From the NCBI GenBank assembly GCA_965216565.1, contig OZ244170.1, positions 2,784,001 through 2,848,000 of the forward strand: 64,000 nucleotides of DNA, read 5' to 3'. The notes below the pieces were generated by a model. That model searched no databases. It was not told the origin of the DNA and saw only the letters and a list, made by a program, of their open reading frames with translations. Origin of the DNA: Bythopirellula sp. Lineage in GTDB: Bacteria > Planctomycetota > Planctomycetia > Pirellulales > Lacipirellulaceae. Made by a program: the position numbers and the translations under genes. This document shows positions 1 to 9,888 of this stretch, piece after piece; position 1 is the stretch's first letter; each line of letters opens with the position of its first letter.

Positions 1-262
1 ACTTAAGCTTCCTGAAAGCTATTACGGGCGGCAACGACGCCTTGTTCGCCTGAGCAGAACTGTAGGCATGAGGATCGTAGGTCAGCCCATTTTTGCCGTC
101 AACGGCAGTTGGATTGGGTAAAACACGCTCTGCTGGCACAAAGACGCGAAACTTCGCCGAATACGCTCGGTTTGATAGAATAGGCGGTCAGCAGTCCGTC
201 GCTGCCAGCCGCCCCAATAGCGTTATGCTGTAAGAATGAGACCCCATCCATATCCATCCATA

Positions 263-288
263 TAGCCGGTGGCAAACCTGCCTCCGGA
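263..288 (+). repeat. Partial copy of TAGCCGGAGGCA...TGCCTCCGG REP-like hairpin
   Basis: tagccggtggcaaacctgcctccgga matches the first hairpin of the elements at 1762-1810 and 6113-6167. Confidence 0.6.
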
Positions 289-345
289 GTCCACCGAACC
301 GCTGGTGGTCCCGAAATCTGCAGTCCCCGTGAACCAATAAAGATC

Positions 346-1185
346 ATGCAAATACTCCGGATCATCGTACTACTAGCATTTGCGACTACCTGCCAGCACG
401 GTGCCATGGCAGCATCTGTCGAGAACCCGGATTCACCAGCCGCAGCCATTTTTGCCCAGCTCGATGCCAATTCCGATGGTCAACTGCAATTGACCGAAAT
501 CCCCGACGAGCAGCAGGCACTGCTGACCCGTCTACTGCGGACCTCGGACGAAGACCAAAACGGAACGCTCTCCCTGGAGGAATTCACTGTCGGCCTCGAG
601 CCAACTCGCAAGAACAAGCCCATCGCCAAAAAGGCCCCCCCTCGTTTGCCGGGTTCCGACGAATTGCTTCTGCTGCTTGCCATGATGGATCAGAACGCTG
701 ATGGTCGAATCACTTCCCAAGAACCACCAGAGCTACTGCGACCATTCTACAAAATCCTCCGCGACAGAATCGGAGCCAACGAGAAAGGTACCGTTATTCT
801 TAGGCAGGTTGCCCGAGGTGCACCGCGATTGACACAAGCCGCCAAGATGTATGTCACCCGGCAGGGAATCGACGTCGATTTGGAATATGCCCTCTTGCCA
901 GAGAAAAACTGGAAGCTGGTTCAAGATCTAGACAAACCACAGCAGCCGGGTGAATTCCTGGCCGACCCCGAGCAAGCCATGGAGCTGTTCAAGCGAATCG
1001 ATGCCAACGGCGATGGCAAAATTGTCTACGAAGAAGTTCCCGAGCAAATCGCCGATCGCTACAACCGCCTGGTTGCCCGAGCCGACAGCAATGGCGACGA
1101 GGAAATCAGCGAACAGGAATTCCGCCAACTTTCGTCGCGCTTTCGTACCTTCTCAAAGTTTCGGCGGAAACGCGTGGACAAGTAG
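346..1185 (+). CDS. Secreted EF-hand domain protein
   Basis: N-terminal signal peptide (AMA-A); five EF-hand-like loops: DANSDGQLQLTE, DEDQNGTLSLEE, DQNADGRITSQE, DANGDGKIVYEE, DSNGDEEISEQE. Confidence 0.8.
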   Translation: MQILRIIVLLAFATTCQHGAMAASVENPDSPAAAIFAQLDANSDGQLQLTEIPDEQQALLTRLLRTSDEDQNGTLSLEEFTVGLEPTRKNKPIAKKAPPRLPGSDELLLLLAMMDQNADGRITSQEPPELLRPFYKILRDRIGANEKGTVILRQVARGAPRLTQAAKMYVTRQGIDVDLEYALLPEKNWKLVQDLDKPQQPGEFLADPEQAMELFKRIDANGDGKIVYEEVPEQIADRYNRLVARADSNGDEEISEQEFRQLSSRFRTFSKFRRKRVDK

Positions 1186-1333
1186 TTGCACAAGTTGGAC
1201 TATTTGGCAAGATCCGCTCTCCGGTAGCGAATAACTACCAGGAACAGGGGCATTTAATTGCGTGAATCATCGTTATTCTCGCAATATTAATACCCCCTTC
1301 ATACGATTCTCCCTCGATCTGGTTATGAACCGT

Positions 1334-1359
1334 GAACCCATCGGGGGTGTCCTGCGTAT
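1334..1359 (+). promoter_or_regulatory. Candidate ECF-sigma promoter (GAAC-N17-CGTA) for the small ORF at 1434
   Basis: GAAC at 1334 and CGTAT at 1355 fit the generic ECF AAC...CGT pattern; inference only. Confidence 0.3.
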
Positions 1360-1433
1360 GATACGAGTAGACAAATGGCTTCCCGGTTTTCCCGCAAACC
1401 GATTAGGCCAGACCCACAGAGGAGGCACTAAAC

Positions 1434-1637
1434 ATGGCAACTCCCCAATCACCAGTCCCGGCTAGCCCGGACAAGAAATTACCACCGATCACGATCGATG
1501 GACACGCGCTGTTCGAATTCAGCCTGAAAATGAATCGGGCTTTGAAACGCTTCGAAGCTCGCTTTGACGCCAAAGAGTCGAACTTGGTTCCTGCATTTCG
1601 CAAGACCTGGCAAGCTCCGCCGCGCAAACCACGCTGA
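1434..1637 (+). CDS. Small hypothetical protein (67 aa)
   Basis: Strong SD (GGAGG) upstream of the ATG; followed directly by an intrinsic terminator. Confidence 0.65.
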   Translation: MATPQSPVPASPDKKLPPITIDGHALFEFSLKMNRALKRFEARFDAKESNLVPAFRKTWQAPPRKPR

Positions 1638-1667
1638 TCCCGCGTCAGTAATCGGATATGGTTACCG

Positions 1668-1699
1668 AAAACCCCAGGGGGAATCCCTGGGGTTTTTTT
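1668..1699 (+). terminator. Rho-independent terminator
   Basis: aaaaccccaggg-ggaat-ccctggggtttt stem followed by a T run. Confidence 0.8.
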
Positions 1700-1761
1700 C
1701 GTATCTAGCACCTCAGCTGCACCGAGTCGACACTGTTTCGACTAAGTCTTGAGTTCGTACA

Positions 1762-1810
1762 CTAGCCGGAGGCACACTTGCCTCCGGAGCGGACCGCGTG
1801 GCGGTCCGGA
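1762..1810 (+). repeat. Double-hairpin REP-like element
   Basis: ctagccggaggcacacttgcctccggagcggaccgcgtggcggtccgg; near-identical inverted copy at 6113-6167. Confidence 0.75.
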
Positions 1811-1916
1811 TAGTGAGAGGAGACTCGCTGGGAGCTATGTTGCCGTCGCCACAAGACTGCGGTTATCATTAAAGTAAGCGCTTCGCCCTTGCCGCCCCAT
1901 TTGAAGGATTCCAACG

Positions 1917-2849
1917 ATGAAGGTCCTACTTGCCAGTCCCCGTGGATTTTGTGCGGGGGTAAACATGGCCATTGAAGCGCTAGACCTCGCCATCAAATCG
2001 TTGCCGGGGCCCATCCACGTGTATCACGAAATAGTCCACAACAAGTATGTGGTCGAAGAATTCCGCAACCGAGGCGTCGTATTTGTCGACGACCTGGCTG
2101 AGGTTCCCGAGGGGGCGACTCTTCTATTTTCCGCGCACGGCGTTTCCCCGGAAGTGCGCCAGATTGCCCGCGAGCGCCGGTTGCAAGCGATCGACGCCAC
2201 TTGTCCCTTGGTCACGAAGGTTCACCTAGAGGCCATCAAATATGCGAACATGGGATACACCATCTTCCTAATCGGTCACGAAGGCCATGACGAAGTGATC
2301 GGAACCATGGGCGAGGCGCCCGAAGCAATTGTTCTGGTCGAAACCCCCGAAGAAGTGGCTCAGCTGCAGGTGGCTGACGAATCGAAAGTCGCCTATCTCA
2401 CCCAGACCACATTAAGCGTTGACGATGCCAATCGCATTATCCAGAAGCTCCGCGAACGATTCCCACAAATTGCATCGCCCCCCAAGGATGATATCTGTTA
2501 CGCAACACAAAACCGCCAAGAAGCCGTATCGGTTTTGTCCAGCGAAGCCGATGTGACCTTGGTGCTGGGAAGTAAAAATAGCTCAAACAGTCAACGGCTG
2601 GCCGAGTTGTCCCGCGAGCGTGGCATTGCGGCCTACTTAATTGATGGCCCCGAGGATATCGATGCCAATTGGTTGGTCGAGGCCAAAACGGTCCTGGTCA
2701 CCGCAGGTGCCAGTGCCCCAGAAGTGGTGGTTGAAGCCGTTCTCGATCTGTTGCGGGAACAATTTCAAGCCACGGTGGAGTCTCGAACGCTCCGCGAAGA
2801 GGACGTCTCATTCCCACTGCCCCGTGAGCTCCGGGTGGTCGCTGGATAG
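1917..2849 (+). CDS. ispH: 4-hydroxy-3-methylbut-2-enyl diphosphate reductase
   Basis: PRGFCAGV, HEIVHN, SAHG, DATCPLV, QTTLS, ICYATQNRQ, SSNS and TAGASAP motifs. Confidence 0.97.
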   Translation: MKVLLASPRGFCAGVNMAIEALDLAIKSLPGPIHVYHEIVHNKYVVEEFRNRGVVFVDDLAEVPEGATLLFSAHGVSPEVRQIARERRLQAIDATCPLVTKVHLEAIKYANMGYTIFLIGHEGHDEVIGTMGEAPEAIVLVETPEEVAQLQVADESKVAYLTQTTLSVDDANRIIQKLRERFPQIASPPKDDICYATQNRQEAVSVLSSEADVTLVLGSKNSSNSQRLAELSRERGIAAYLIDGPEDIDANWLVEAKTVLVTAGASAPEVVVEAVLDLLREQFQATVESRTLREEDVSFPLPRELRVVAG

Positions 2850-2914
2850 CCGAGCCCTATTCCTCAGCGAGCCGAATCCCAGGGAAAGCCCGGTCGTGGT
2901 TCTCTTCAAATCTC

Positions 2915-2990
2915 GGTGGGCTGGGGTCGAGTGGAACGAGCCCTCAGACCGCTCCGACTGGGGGCCCAATTCGTTCGAACCCAGCCACCC
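2915..2990. repeat. Intergenic palindromic repeat (GGCTGGGGTCGA...CCCAGCCACC family)
   Basis: Imperfect inverted arms; related copy at 53279-53348. Confidence 0.6.
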
Positions 2991-3159
2991 ATCACCCGCA
3001 TTGAGACCCTAACCCGCATAGTGAATTAGTACCGAAAACCCACAAAGGTTGTCCGGCAGGTGCGGGTGGATATATTAGAAATAGTGGACGACTTTGCCGG
3101 ATGCGTTCGGCAGCTTCGCAAAACTCTACCCGCCGCTAAGGATCGAGAGGTATAGCACG

Positions 3160-3939
3160 ATGGCACGTCTTTCCGTTCTTTCAATGATCTGCCTGGTATC
3201 ACTCACTATTCTTCAGACGGCCGAGGGCATTTCTCCCGATCGGGTGAAATATTCACCTGCCCCGCCGCTCAATCCTCCGCAGCTGCAAAATAAAACCAAC
3301 GCTAAGCAAATCACACCGCTTCCTGGGTTGTCGACCGAACAGCGTTCCAACGCGGCAACTGCCAAGAAGTACAAAAGCGACGAAGAGCTACGTGCCGAGC
3401 AAGAGAAAATCTGGAACAGCCCCACCATGCAAGACGCTCGTGCCAAGATTGCTGAGTTTTGCCGATACTCGGCCCAGGTCAGCGTCGCCGAGTGCAAAGA
3501 GTACCTCACAGAGCTTTCGCAGCTTTCTCCGGACGAAATGAACAATTGGCTAGATCGCTACCAAGCGGGGCAACAGCAAGCTGCCCGTTCGCGCGAAGTT
3601 TCGGAGCAAAGCCGCCGAGTGAGAGTCTCCAACTCTTTGGATCGTCAGGAAGTACAACGAAACGTAGCTTCGCACATCGCCGAATTACAAAGAGAGTCCT
3701 ACGTGATGGAACGACTTGAGCACCAACAGAGAGTGGCGCTGACCGTCAAGCCATTCACCTACTTAGGCCCCACGCGATCGATCTCCACTCCGAGCTACAA
3801 TCCGTTCGAGCTAGTATTCGATCCAGCCAGCCCTCGCGGAGCGGCACGGCAGTTTGCTGCTGGCATCAGCCTCCCCGGGGACCTTCCTGCCGGCGATCCT
3901 GCAAATTTCGTCGAGCCTCCTGAGGTTGTTGATCCATAA
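3160..3939 (+). CDS. Hypothetical exported protein
   Basis: ATG at 3160 after GAGG; hydrophobic signal-like N-terminus; terminator downstream. Confidence 0.65.
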   Translation: MARLSVLSMICLVSLTILQTAEGISPDRVKYSPAPPLNPPQLQNKTNAKQITPLPGLSTEQRSNAATAKKYKSDEELRAEQEKIWNSPTMQDARAKIAEFCRYSAQVSVAECKEYLTELSQLSPDEMNNWLDRYQAGQQQAARSREVSEQSRRVRVSNSLDRQEVQRNVASHIAELQRESYVMERLEHQQRVALTVKPFTYLGPTRSISTPSYNPFELVFDPASPRGAARQFAAGISLPGDLPAGDPANFVEPPEVVDP

Positions 3940-3974
3940 CAGTAAGGCCATCGAAAGTAGAACAACCCGAGAAG

Positions 3975-4008
3975 GGTGCCTCTCACTCGCTGAGAGGCAC
4001 CTTTTTTT
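3975..4008 (+). terminator. Rho-independent terminator
   Basis: ggtgcctctca-ctcgc-tgagaggcacc followed by T7. Confidence 0.85.
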
Positions 4009-4130
4009 ATTGGTCTCGAGTGAATTCCAGGGTTTTTGGGGTCATGGTTCTCACAGAGAATTCAGTATGATTGTCACCGGCTCAAAGCTTCCTACCCAAC
4101 ACCTAACTAAATCAACTACGGAGATATGAA

Positions 4131-4928
4131 GTGGCTGAATTGTTGACCCTCGAAAACCTCGCGAACCTCGGCGTGCTGCTCTTCCTGCAAGTGGTGCTGG
4201 GGTTCGACAATTTGCTGTACATATCTATCGAATCGAAACGGGCCCCTGTCGAATCGCAGCAGTCCGTCCGCCGCAATGGCATTCTTATTGCGATCGCTTT
4301 GCGAATCGTACTGCTGTTCGTGATGATCACACTCATCGAACGCCTCGAAGAGCCGTTCTTTTCCCTCGGATGGGAGGGGTTCATCACGGGCGATTTTAAC
4401 TTCGCCACTATTGTGTTTCTTTTAGGCGGCGTTTTCATCATGTATACGGCCGTCAAAGAGATCCGGCATCTGCTCGAGGTCGATGATCTCCAAAGTGAAG
4501 GAGAGGAACGCCCCACCAAGTCTGCCGGTCAGGTCATTGCCATGATCGTGCTGATGAATCTGATCTTTTCGTTCGACTCGATCCTTTCCGCGCTGGCCAT
4601 CACCGATGTGTTTGTCGTGCTGGCGATTGCCATCGTATCCTCGGGCTTGGCCATGCTATTGATGGCGGACCGCGTTTCGGTATTCATCGAGAAGAATCGC
4701 AAGTATGAAGTTCTGGGTCTGTTCATTTTGTTAATCGTCGGAATCGTTCTTTTGGGCGAAGGAGGTCACGTCGCACACCTCAAACTAGCTGGTTACAAAG
4801 TAGAACCGATGAGCAAGAGCACGTTTTACTTTTCGATTGCCGTCTTGGTATTGGTCGATGTGTTGCAGTCAGGCTATCAAAAGAAGCTCGCCAATAGGCG
4901 AGTGGGTAAGCAGGGCCACCTAGCGTGA
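4131..4928 (+). CDS. terC: TerC family integral membrane protein
   Basis: LQVVLGFDN, IALRIVLL and NLIFSFDSILSA motifs; multiple TM segments. Confidence 0.85.
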   Translation: MAELLTLENLANLGVLLFLQVVLGFDNLLYISIESKRAPVESQQSVRRNGILIAIALRIVLLFVMITLIERLEEPFFSLGWEGFITGDFNFATIVFLLGGVFIMYTAVKEIRHLLEVDDLQSEGEERPTKSAGQVIAMIVLMNLIFSFDSILSALAITDVFVVLAIAIVSSGLAMLLMADRVSVFIEKNRKYEVLGLFILLIVGIVLLGEGGHVAHLKLAGYKVEPMSKSTFYFSIAVLVLVDVLQSGYQKKLANRRVGKQGHLA

Positions 4929-5201
4929 CTTGGTGAGCTGTTGCTATCCGAAATTCAGGCCGAGCCCGGTTGTTTAGACAGCCCACGCCGAGTTGCTTTT
5001 GTAGAATGATCGCTTGATCTGAATTTTCATCATGCGGTCCAATTCTCTGCTTCCTGCTTGCATAGAATTGAAAGGTCCTAGGATAGGCGACAGAAAAAAC
5101 CTTGCAGCACATCTACCAAAACAGCTAGAATTGGCCTCAGTTTTTGGGGGTTCATTCTAGTCGGTGCGTATCTTATGCACCCCGGAAGAGAGGAGACGCT
5201 C

Positions 5202-6017
5202 ATGGCGCATGCATTGAAATGCTCGCTATCGTTAGTGTGTTTGTTTCTGTTGATACCCGCTGGTCAGGCTGTTGCTGTCGATGGCTATGCCAATGTGGGA
5301 ATCAGTTCCATTTCACCCTGTCCAAGTTTCTGCGGCGGTTCAGGGAGAGTATCTGGGTTTAGCTTCGATGGCGGCCCAGGCGAAAGTTCTGCCGCGACGA
5401 CCCTATCAGACGTCAATGGCAACGGGGAAGGCTTCGCAAACTTAAACGGCCCGACGCTGTTGCCAGTTCTAGGGGCGGGCGCCTTTTCCAATCCGAATGC
5501 CAGAGTTGGGGTCGGATCCACGGGCATGAGGTCCTATCTCTACACGGGCGCCTCGCCGACCACGATTACGTTGGACATCCTGTTTGAGGGCGAAGCCTCG
5601 GCACCTGTGGCTAGTGACGCATCCGGTCGGTCCAATATCGTTGTCATGAAGGGTAATGTATTCCCGTTCTCGACGGACTATGGAACGTTGAAATTCGAAG
5701 AGATTCCTGGCACACCGGGATTGGAACTTGTTTCAGAATCTGATCTCTCTCTCACTACCAATGCAGGTCCCCAAAGTCTGACCGACAGCATAAGTATCCC
5801 GCTGTCTCCCGGAGATAAAATTGCGGTTTGGGGAAAGCTCACCGTCAGTGGCACTAGATCAGGATCGGTGGATGCTCTGAATACTTTGGGCGCCAGTTTC
5901 TCCGATCCGACAGGGTTGGTGCCGCTAGCGGTTCCCGCACCGGCAACCGCGACGCTGCTGATGATCGGTTCGCTTGGCTTCGGCCTACGTCCTTCTCGTA
6001 CGTTTGCTAGACGATAG
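5202..6017 (+). CDS. PEP-CTERM-like (VPAP variant) exported protein
   Basis: AGGAG SD before ATG 5202; signal peptide; C-terminal VPAPATATLLMIGSLGFGLR plus basic tail. Confidence 0.75.
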   Translation: MAHALKCSLSLVCLFLLIPAGQAVAVDGYANVGISSISPCPSFCGGSGRVSGFSFDGGPGESSAATTLSDVNGNGEGFANLNGPTLLPVLGAGAFSNPNARVGVGSTGMRSYLYTGASPTTITLDILFEGEASAPVASDASGRSNIVVMKGNVFPFSTDYGTLKFEEIPGTPGLELVSESDLSLTTNAGPQSLTDSISIPLSPGDKIAVWGKLTVSGTRSGSVDALNTLGASFSDPTGLVPLAVPAPATATLLMIGSLGFGLRPSRTFARR

Positions 6018-6039
6018 CAGACTACGACCACATTCACAA

Positions 6040-6077
6040 AAAACAGAGCTCTGTCCACAAAGTCAGAGCTCTGTTTT
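6040..6077. terminator. Probably bidirectional terminator between convergent genes
   Basis: aaaacagagctctg ... cagagctctgtttt perfect 14-bp inverted repeat. Confidence 0.7.
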
Positions 6078-6112
6078 CGTATGCTGACAAAGTTACTCCT
6101 GCAGAGGACCAA

Positions 6113-6167
6113 TAGCCGGACCGCCACGCGGTCCGCCGAATCCGGAGGCAGGTGTGCCTCCGGCTAG
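6113..6167 (-). repeat. Double-hairpin REP-like element (inverted copy of 1762-1810)
   Basis: Reverse complement ctagccggaggcacacctgcctccggattcggcggaccgcgtggcggtccggcta. Confidence 0.75.
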
Positions 6168-6193
6168 CTGGAAACTATCGCTCTTGGCCGGCG

Positions 6194-8341
6194 CTATTCC
6201 ATGCCCAAGTTTTTCCATAGAAACGCCCAGCGATCCGCGGCGATTTCGATTTGTTTGGAGATCGGAGTGCCCGCGCCGTGGCCCGCACGGCTTTCCACCC
6301 GTAACAAAGTCGGGGCGTCGCCCGCTTGGGCGTATTGCAATTGGGCGCCAAACTTGAAGCTGTGCAACGGCACGACTCTGTCGTCCGTGTCGGCGGTCAT
6401 CACCATCGTGGCGGGGTACTTTACGCCCTCGCGTAAATTGTGATAGGGCGAATATGCGAGCAATGCTTTGAATTCGTCTGGATTCTCAGCCGAACCAAAC
6501 TCGCCCCGCCAAAAATGTCCGGCAGTGAACTGGTCGTAACGGAGCATATCCATCACACCAACTGCAGGTATACAAGCGCCAAACAAGTCGGGCCTCTGCG
6601 TCATTACGGCTCCCACGAGAAGCCCCCCGTTGCTGCCACCCATGATGGCGAGTCGTTCGCTGGAGGTGTACTTTTCTTCGATCAACCACTCGGCTGCAGC
6701 AATGAAATCGTCGAATACAGTTTGCTTTTTCAGGACCTTACCAGCTTCGTGCCACGCCTCGCCATACTCGCCTCCGCCACGCAAATTGGGAATCGCGACG
6801 ACGCCACCTTGGTCCATCCACACCGCATAAGCGACTGAGAAGCCAGGGAGCAACGGAATATTGAATCCACCGTAGCCGTACAGCAACGTCGGATTCTCGC
6901 CGTTCAGCTCGAGCCCCTTGCGGTGCGAAACAATAATCGGCACGCGCGTGCCATCTTTGCTGGTGTAGAACGCCTGCCGCGACTCGTACAGACTGGGATC
7001 GAAGTTCACCTTCGGCGTGCGGATTTGAGTGCTCTGGCCAGTATCCAAGTCGTACCGATAGATGCTGGCTGGTTGTGTGTAACTGGTGAAGGAGTAAAAC
7101 GTCTCCGAATCGCTCTGCTCGCCGCGGAACCCACTGGCCGTGCCCAACCCGGGCAGTTCAATTTCCCCCGTCTCCGTGCCATCGTAGGAAAACACCTTCA
7201 CCACCGAGACCACGTCCTGCATGTAATTGGCGACAATCTTATTCTTCAGCATCGTTGCGGAACGTAGCGTCGCCTCCACGGCGGGAACAATTTCCACCAA
7301 GTCGTCGCGGCCCGGCTTGTTCGCATCCATCACCACGATGCGCTTAGTCGGCGCAAGGTAGTCAGTAAAAAAGAAGAGCTTATCCCCTACATTGCCAAGA
7401 AATGAGAATTCGTTCTCAAAATCGTCAATCAGACGAGTCCATTCACTATCGAGCGGCGCGTCGACCGAGCGGATGAACACTTGATTCTGGTTATCTGTGT
7501 TGCGAGCAGTTGACAGGATAAAGAAGCGATTGTCCTCGGACCGTTCCAATGAAAAGTACCATTCCGGCTCTTCCTCATTGTTATAGACAAACGTATCTTG
7601 AGATTGGTCTGTCCCCAAGACGTGAAAGTAGATCATCGGGTGCGTGGTGGCCGCCAGGAATTGCTGCCCCTCTGCGGGCTGAGGATAACGGATGTAGAAA
7701 AAGCCCGAGCTCTCGGCGTTCCATACGATATTGCCCCAGCGAGTCCATTCCAAGACTTCGTCGAGCATCTCCCCAGTCTCGATCTCGATGATGCGAATCG
7801 TGGTCCAATCGGACCCCGATTCGCGGCGAAGAAACGCATAGTACCGACCGTCCTCGCTCACCTTCCCCCCACCCAGTGCAACAGTGCCATCTTCCGACCA
7901 CTCGTTTGGATTGATCAGCACACGCTCATCGCCATCGTACGCGTTGCTCCAGTAAAGGACCGATTGGTCCTGCAAGCCGTCGTTCTTGGAAAAAAAGTAC
8001 TTTCCCGCTTTTTCGTACGGCACCGAGTATCGTTCGTAGTTCCAGATTTCTGTGAAGCGTTTTTCAAACTCCTCGCGAGACTTGATGCCATCGAGATGCT
8101 GACGGGTGACTCGATTCTGGTCCTCTAGCCAAGTTGCGATTTCCGGCGAGTTGCGGGGATCGTCTTCTAGCCAGCGATAGGGATCGGGTACGTCGACGCC
8201 GTGATAGGTGTCGACATGGTCCACTCGGCGAGTTTCGGGGTACTTAAGCATGGGGTCTTTAGCAAAGCAAATGGTTGGCATCCAGAGAAGTGCCAGAATC
8301 AACAATTGAATATTCCGAGATTGCACGTCCGGGTCCCTCAC
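6194..8341 (-). CDS. Prolyl oligopeptidase (peptidase S9A), signal peptide
   Basis: DPYRWLED, YGYGGFN, RGGGEYG, GGSNGG (catalytic Ser), DDRV and AGHG motifs. Confidence 0.95.
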   Translation of the reverse strand: MRDPDVQSRNIQLLILALLWMPTICFAKDPMLKYPETRRVDHVDTYHGVDVPDPYRWLEDDPRNSPEIATWLEDQNRVTRQHLDGIKSREEFEKRFTEIWNYERYSVPYEKAGKYFFSKNDGLQDQSVLYWSNAYDGDERVLINPNEWSEDGTVALGGGKVSEDGRYYAFLRRESGSDWTTIRIIEIETGEMLDEVLEWTRWGNIVWNAESSGFFYIRYPQPAEGQQFLAATTHPMIYFHVLGTDQSQDTFVYNNEEEPEWYFSLERSEDNRFFILSTARNTDNQNQVFIRSVDAPLDSEWTRLIDDFENEFSFLGNVGDKLFFFTDYLAPTKRIVVMDANKPGRDDLVEIVPAVEATLRSATMLKNKIVANYMQDVVSVVKVFSYDGTETGEIELPGLGTASGFRGEQSDSETFYSFTSYTQPASIYRYDLDTGQSTQIRTPKVNFDPSLYESRQAFYTSKDGTRVPIIVSHRKGLELNGENPTLLYGYGGFNIPLLPGFSVAYAVWMDQGGVVAIPNLRGGGEYGEAWHEAGKVLKKQTVFDDFIAAAEWLIEEKYTSSERLAIMGGSNGGLLVGAVMTQRPDLFGACIPAVGVMDMLRYDQFTAGHFWRGEFGSAENPDEFKALLAYSPYHNLREGVKYPATMVMTADTDDRVVPLHSFKFGAQLQYAQAGDAPTLLRVESRAGHGAGTPISKQIEIAADRWAFLWKNLGME

Positions 8342-8467
8342 AATCCTGATGCATGAATTAGAATGTCGTCTTCGCCAAGCTTATCCCAAAAGCGGAGGCT
8401 GTTTAACCACAAATCGTGTGGTTCGCGTGAATTCCATCTCTCCAGACCCAGCAAAGAGACATTAGCC

Positions 8468-8884
8468 ATGGTCCATCAGAAAACTATCCAACTGGAAACC
8501 GCCGGCCACCGTGACATGCACGACTTGACGGCCGAGGTCGCCAGGATCGTTGCTGCTAGCGGGATCCAGGCGGGCACCGTCCAGGTCTTCAATGTCGGCA
8601 GCACGGGAGCGATCGGGCTTATCGAGTTTGAACCTGGATTGGTCGAGGACATGCCGGCGCTGCTGGACCGATTGATCCCTCCTAGCCGCGACTACGGCCA
8701 CGAACGTGCCTGGCACGATGGCAATGGGCATTCGCATTTGCAAGCGACCTGGCTAGGCAATAGCGAGAGTGTGCCAATTGCCGGTGGCAAGCTGGTACTG
8801 GGCACGTGGCAGCAGATCTTCCACCTGGAGTGCGACGTCAAACCGCGCCAGCGCGAGATTGTGGTGACGGTGGTGGGAGAATAG
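8468..8884 (+). CDS. yjbQ: YjbQ/UPF0047 family protein (secondary thiamine-phosphate synthase)
   Basis: DGNGHSHL and LGTWQQIF motifs; likely start MVHQ at 8468. Confidence 0.88.
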   Translation: MVHQKTIQLETAGHRDMHDLTAEVARIVAASGIQAGTVQVFNVGSTGAIGLIEFEPGLVEDMPALLDRLIPPSRDYGHERAWHDGNGHSHLQATWLGNSESVPIAGGKLVLGTWQQIFHLECDVKPRQREIVVTVVGE

Positions 8885-8901
8885 CAAATCCAGATCGCTG
8901 A

Positions 8902-8951
8902 TGCGGTAGCTCCATAGGGCGCGTTTGAACACCCAGCGACTGCCGATCAAG
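8902..8951. repeat. 50-bp direct repeat, copy 1 (duplicate of the 3' end of the ABC permease gene)
   Basis: tgcggtagctccatagggcgcgtttgaacacccagcgactgccgatcaag, identical at 9903-9952. Confidence 0.92.
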
Positions 8952-8982
8952 TAAGTTTCGTGTTTGTATAGCGTTACCTTCG

Positions 8983-9696
8983 CTATTGAACGGTCATCGA
9001 CATCCGATTTCGAAACTGCAAAGTTAGACAGACTACCCCTAGCAGCAACACGCTAGATGGTTCTGGGATGGATGATACTGTACCGATTGCAAGCGACCCC
9101 AAAGGTGAAAACAACATAGCACGGTTGAGATTACGTTTACCTCCAGGAATGAGTGTCGCGTTGATTTCATAGGGATGGTATGGATTGGAACTATCCACGG
9201 CATTGTCGACAATACTGCCGCCGAAGCCTAAACCTAAGTTATGCGATCGTGGAGAAAAAGTAACACTTTTTTCTGTAAACTCGTTCGAGGAAACATCCTG
9301 ATTAGTAAAGGTGAGATTCAAAAAACTCAGGAAGCCTGGGTTTAAGAGCAGTTCATTTGCCGTCGCTGTCATCGTTGCATTGATCGGTTGTTGACAGCAG
9401 TTCCCGTGAATGCTGTCAAATAGAGTGAGACTCTCCACTGTCAGCAAAGCCCCTCCATCGTTACTGGAAATCTTCGAGACTCCGGCGGGAGAAGAAAACC
9501 TCATCTCCCATCTCTCGAAGTTGAGGATTGAAATCTCTCCGATCGTTCCATCTGTGGTAATCGAACCTCCTAGGAGAGCCCAGTGAGCAGAATCTCCTGC
9601 ACGAGGCGTTACCTTGTATGTGATAGAACTGTAGGACCGTGCAGGAAACAGACTGACGATCAGTAGCGCAGATAGTAGAGTTACTTTGATATTCAT
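8983..9696 (-). CDS. PEP-CTERM sorting domain protein
   Basis: Signal peptide; C-terminal IPEPSSVLLLGVVCLTLQFRNR; visibly more AT-rich than neighbours. Confidence 0.8.
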   Translation of the reverse strand: MNIKVTLLSALLIVSLFPARSYSSITYKVTPRAGDSAHWALLGGSITTDGTIGEISILNFERWEMRFSSPAGVSKISSNDGGALLTVESLTLFDSIHGNCCQQPINATMTATANELLLNPGFLSFLNLTFTNQDVSSNEFTEKSVTFSPRSHNLGLGFGGSIVDNAVDSSNPYHPYEINATLIPGGKRNLNRAMLFSPLGSLAIGTVSSIPEPSSVLLLGVVCLTLQFRNRMSMTVQ

Positions 9697-9888
9697 TGTG
9701 ATAAGGGGTTGAATATATCCGCGTCATACTTGGCATAAATCTACTTCTGTTGAGCATCTTGTAGACAGAATCTATTCTTACGTCTACCGCGATTCGCCAC
9801 ACGTTCGACTGGAAGGTGCTTGCACGAAGATCAAATATCGGCCCCGGCGATCCGTAGGATCGCGGCTATTTCTACCGCTCACTGCCCA

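Noticed and set aside
1..139. Possible partial minus-strand CDS running off the window start (VPAERVLPNP...PPVIAFRKLK)
   Set aside because: Too short, with no recognisable motif; cannot be supported
3945..4130. yybP-ykoY manganese riboswitch upstream of terC
   Set aside because: Characteristic GGGGAGUAG / CAAUAC motifs not found; the hairpin is adequately explained as the upstream gene's terminator
8753..8950. 65-aa ORF beginning MIGSRWVFKRALWSYR
   Set aside because: Arises from the 50-bp duplicated permease end running antisense into yjbQ; not a real gene
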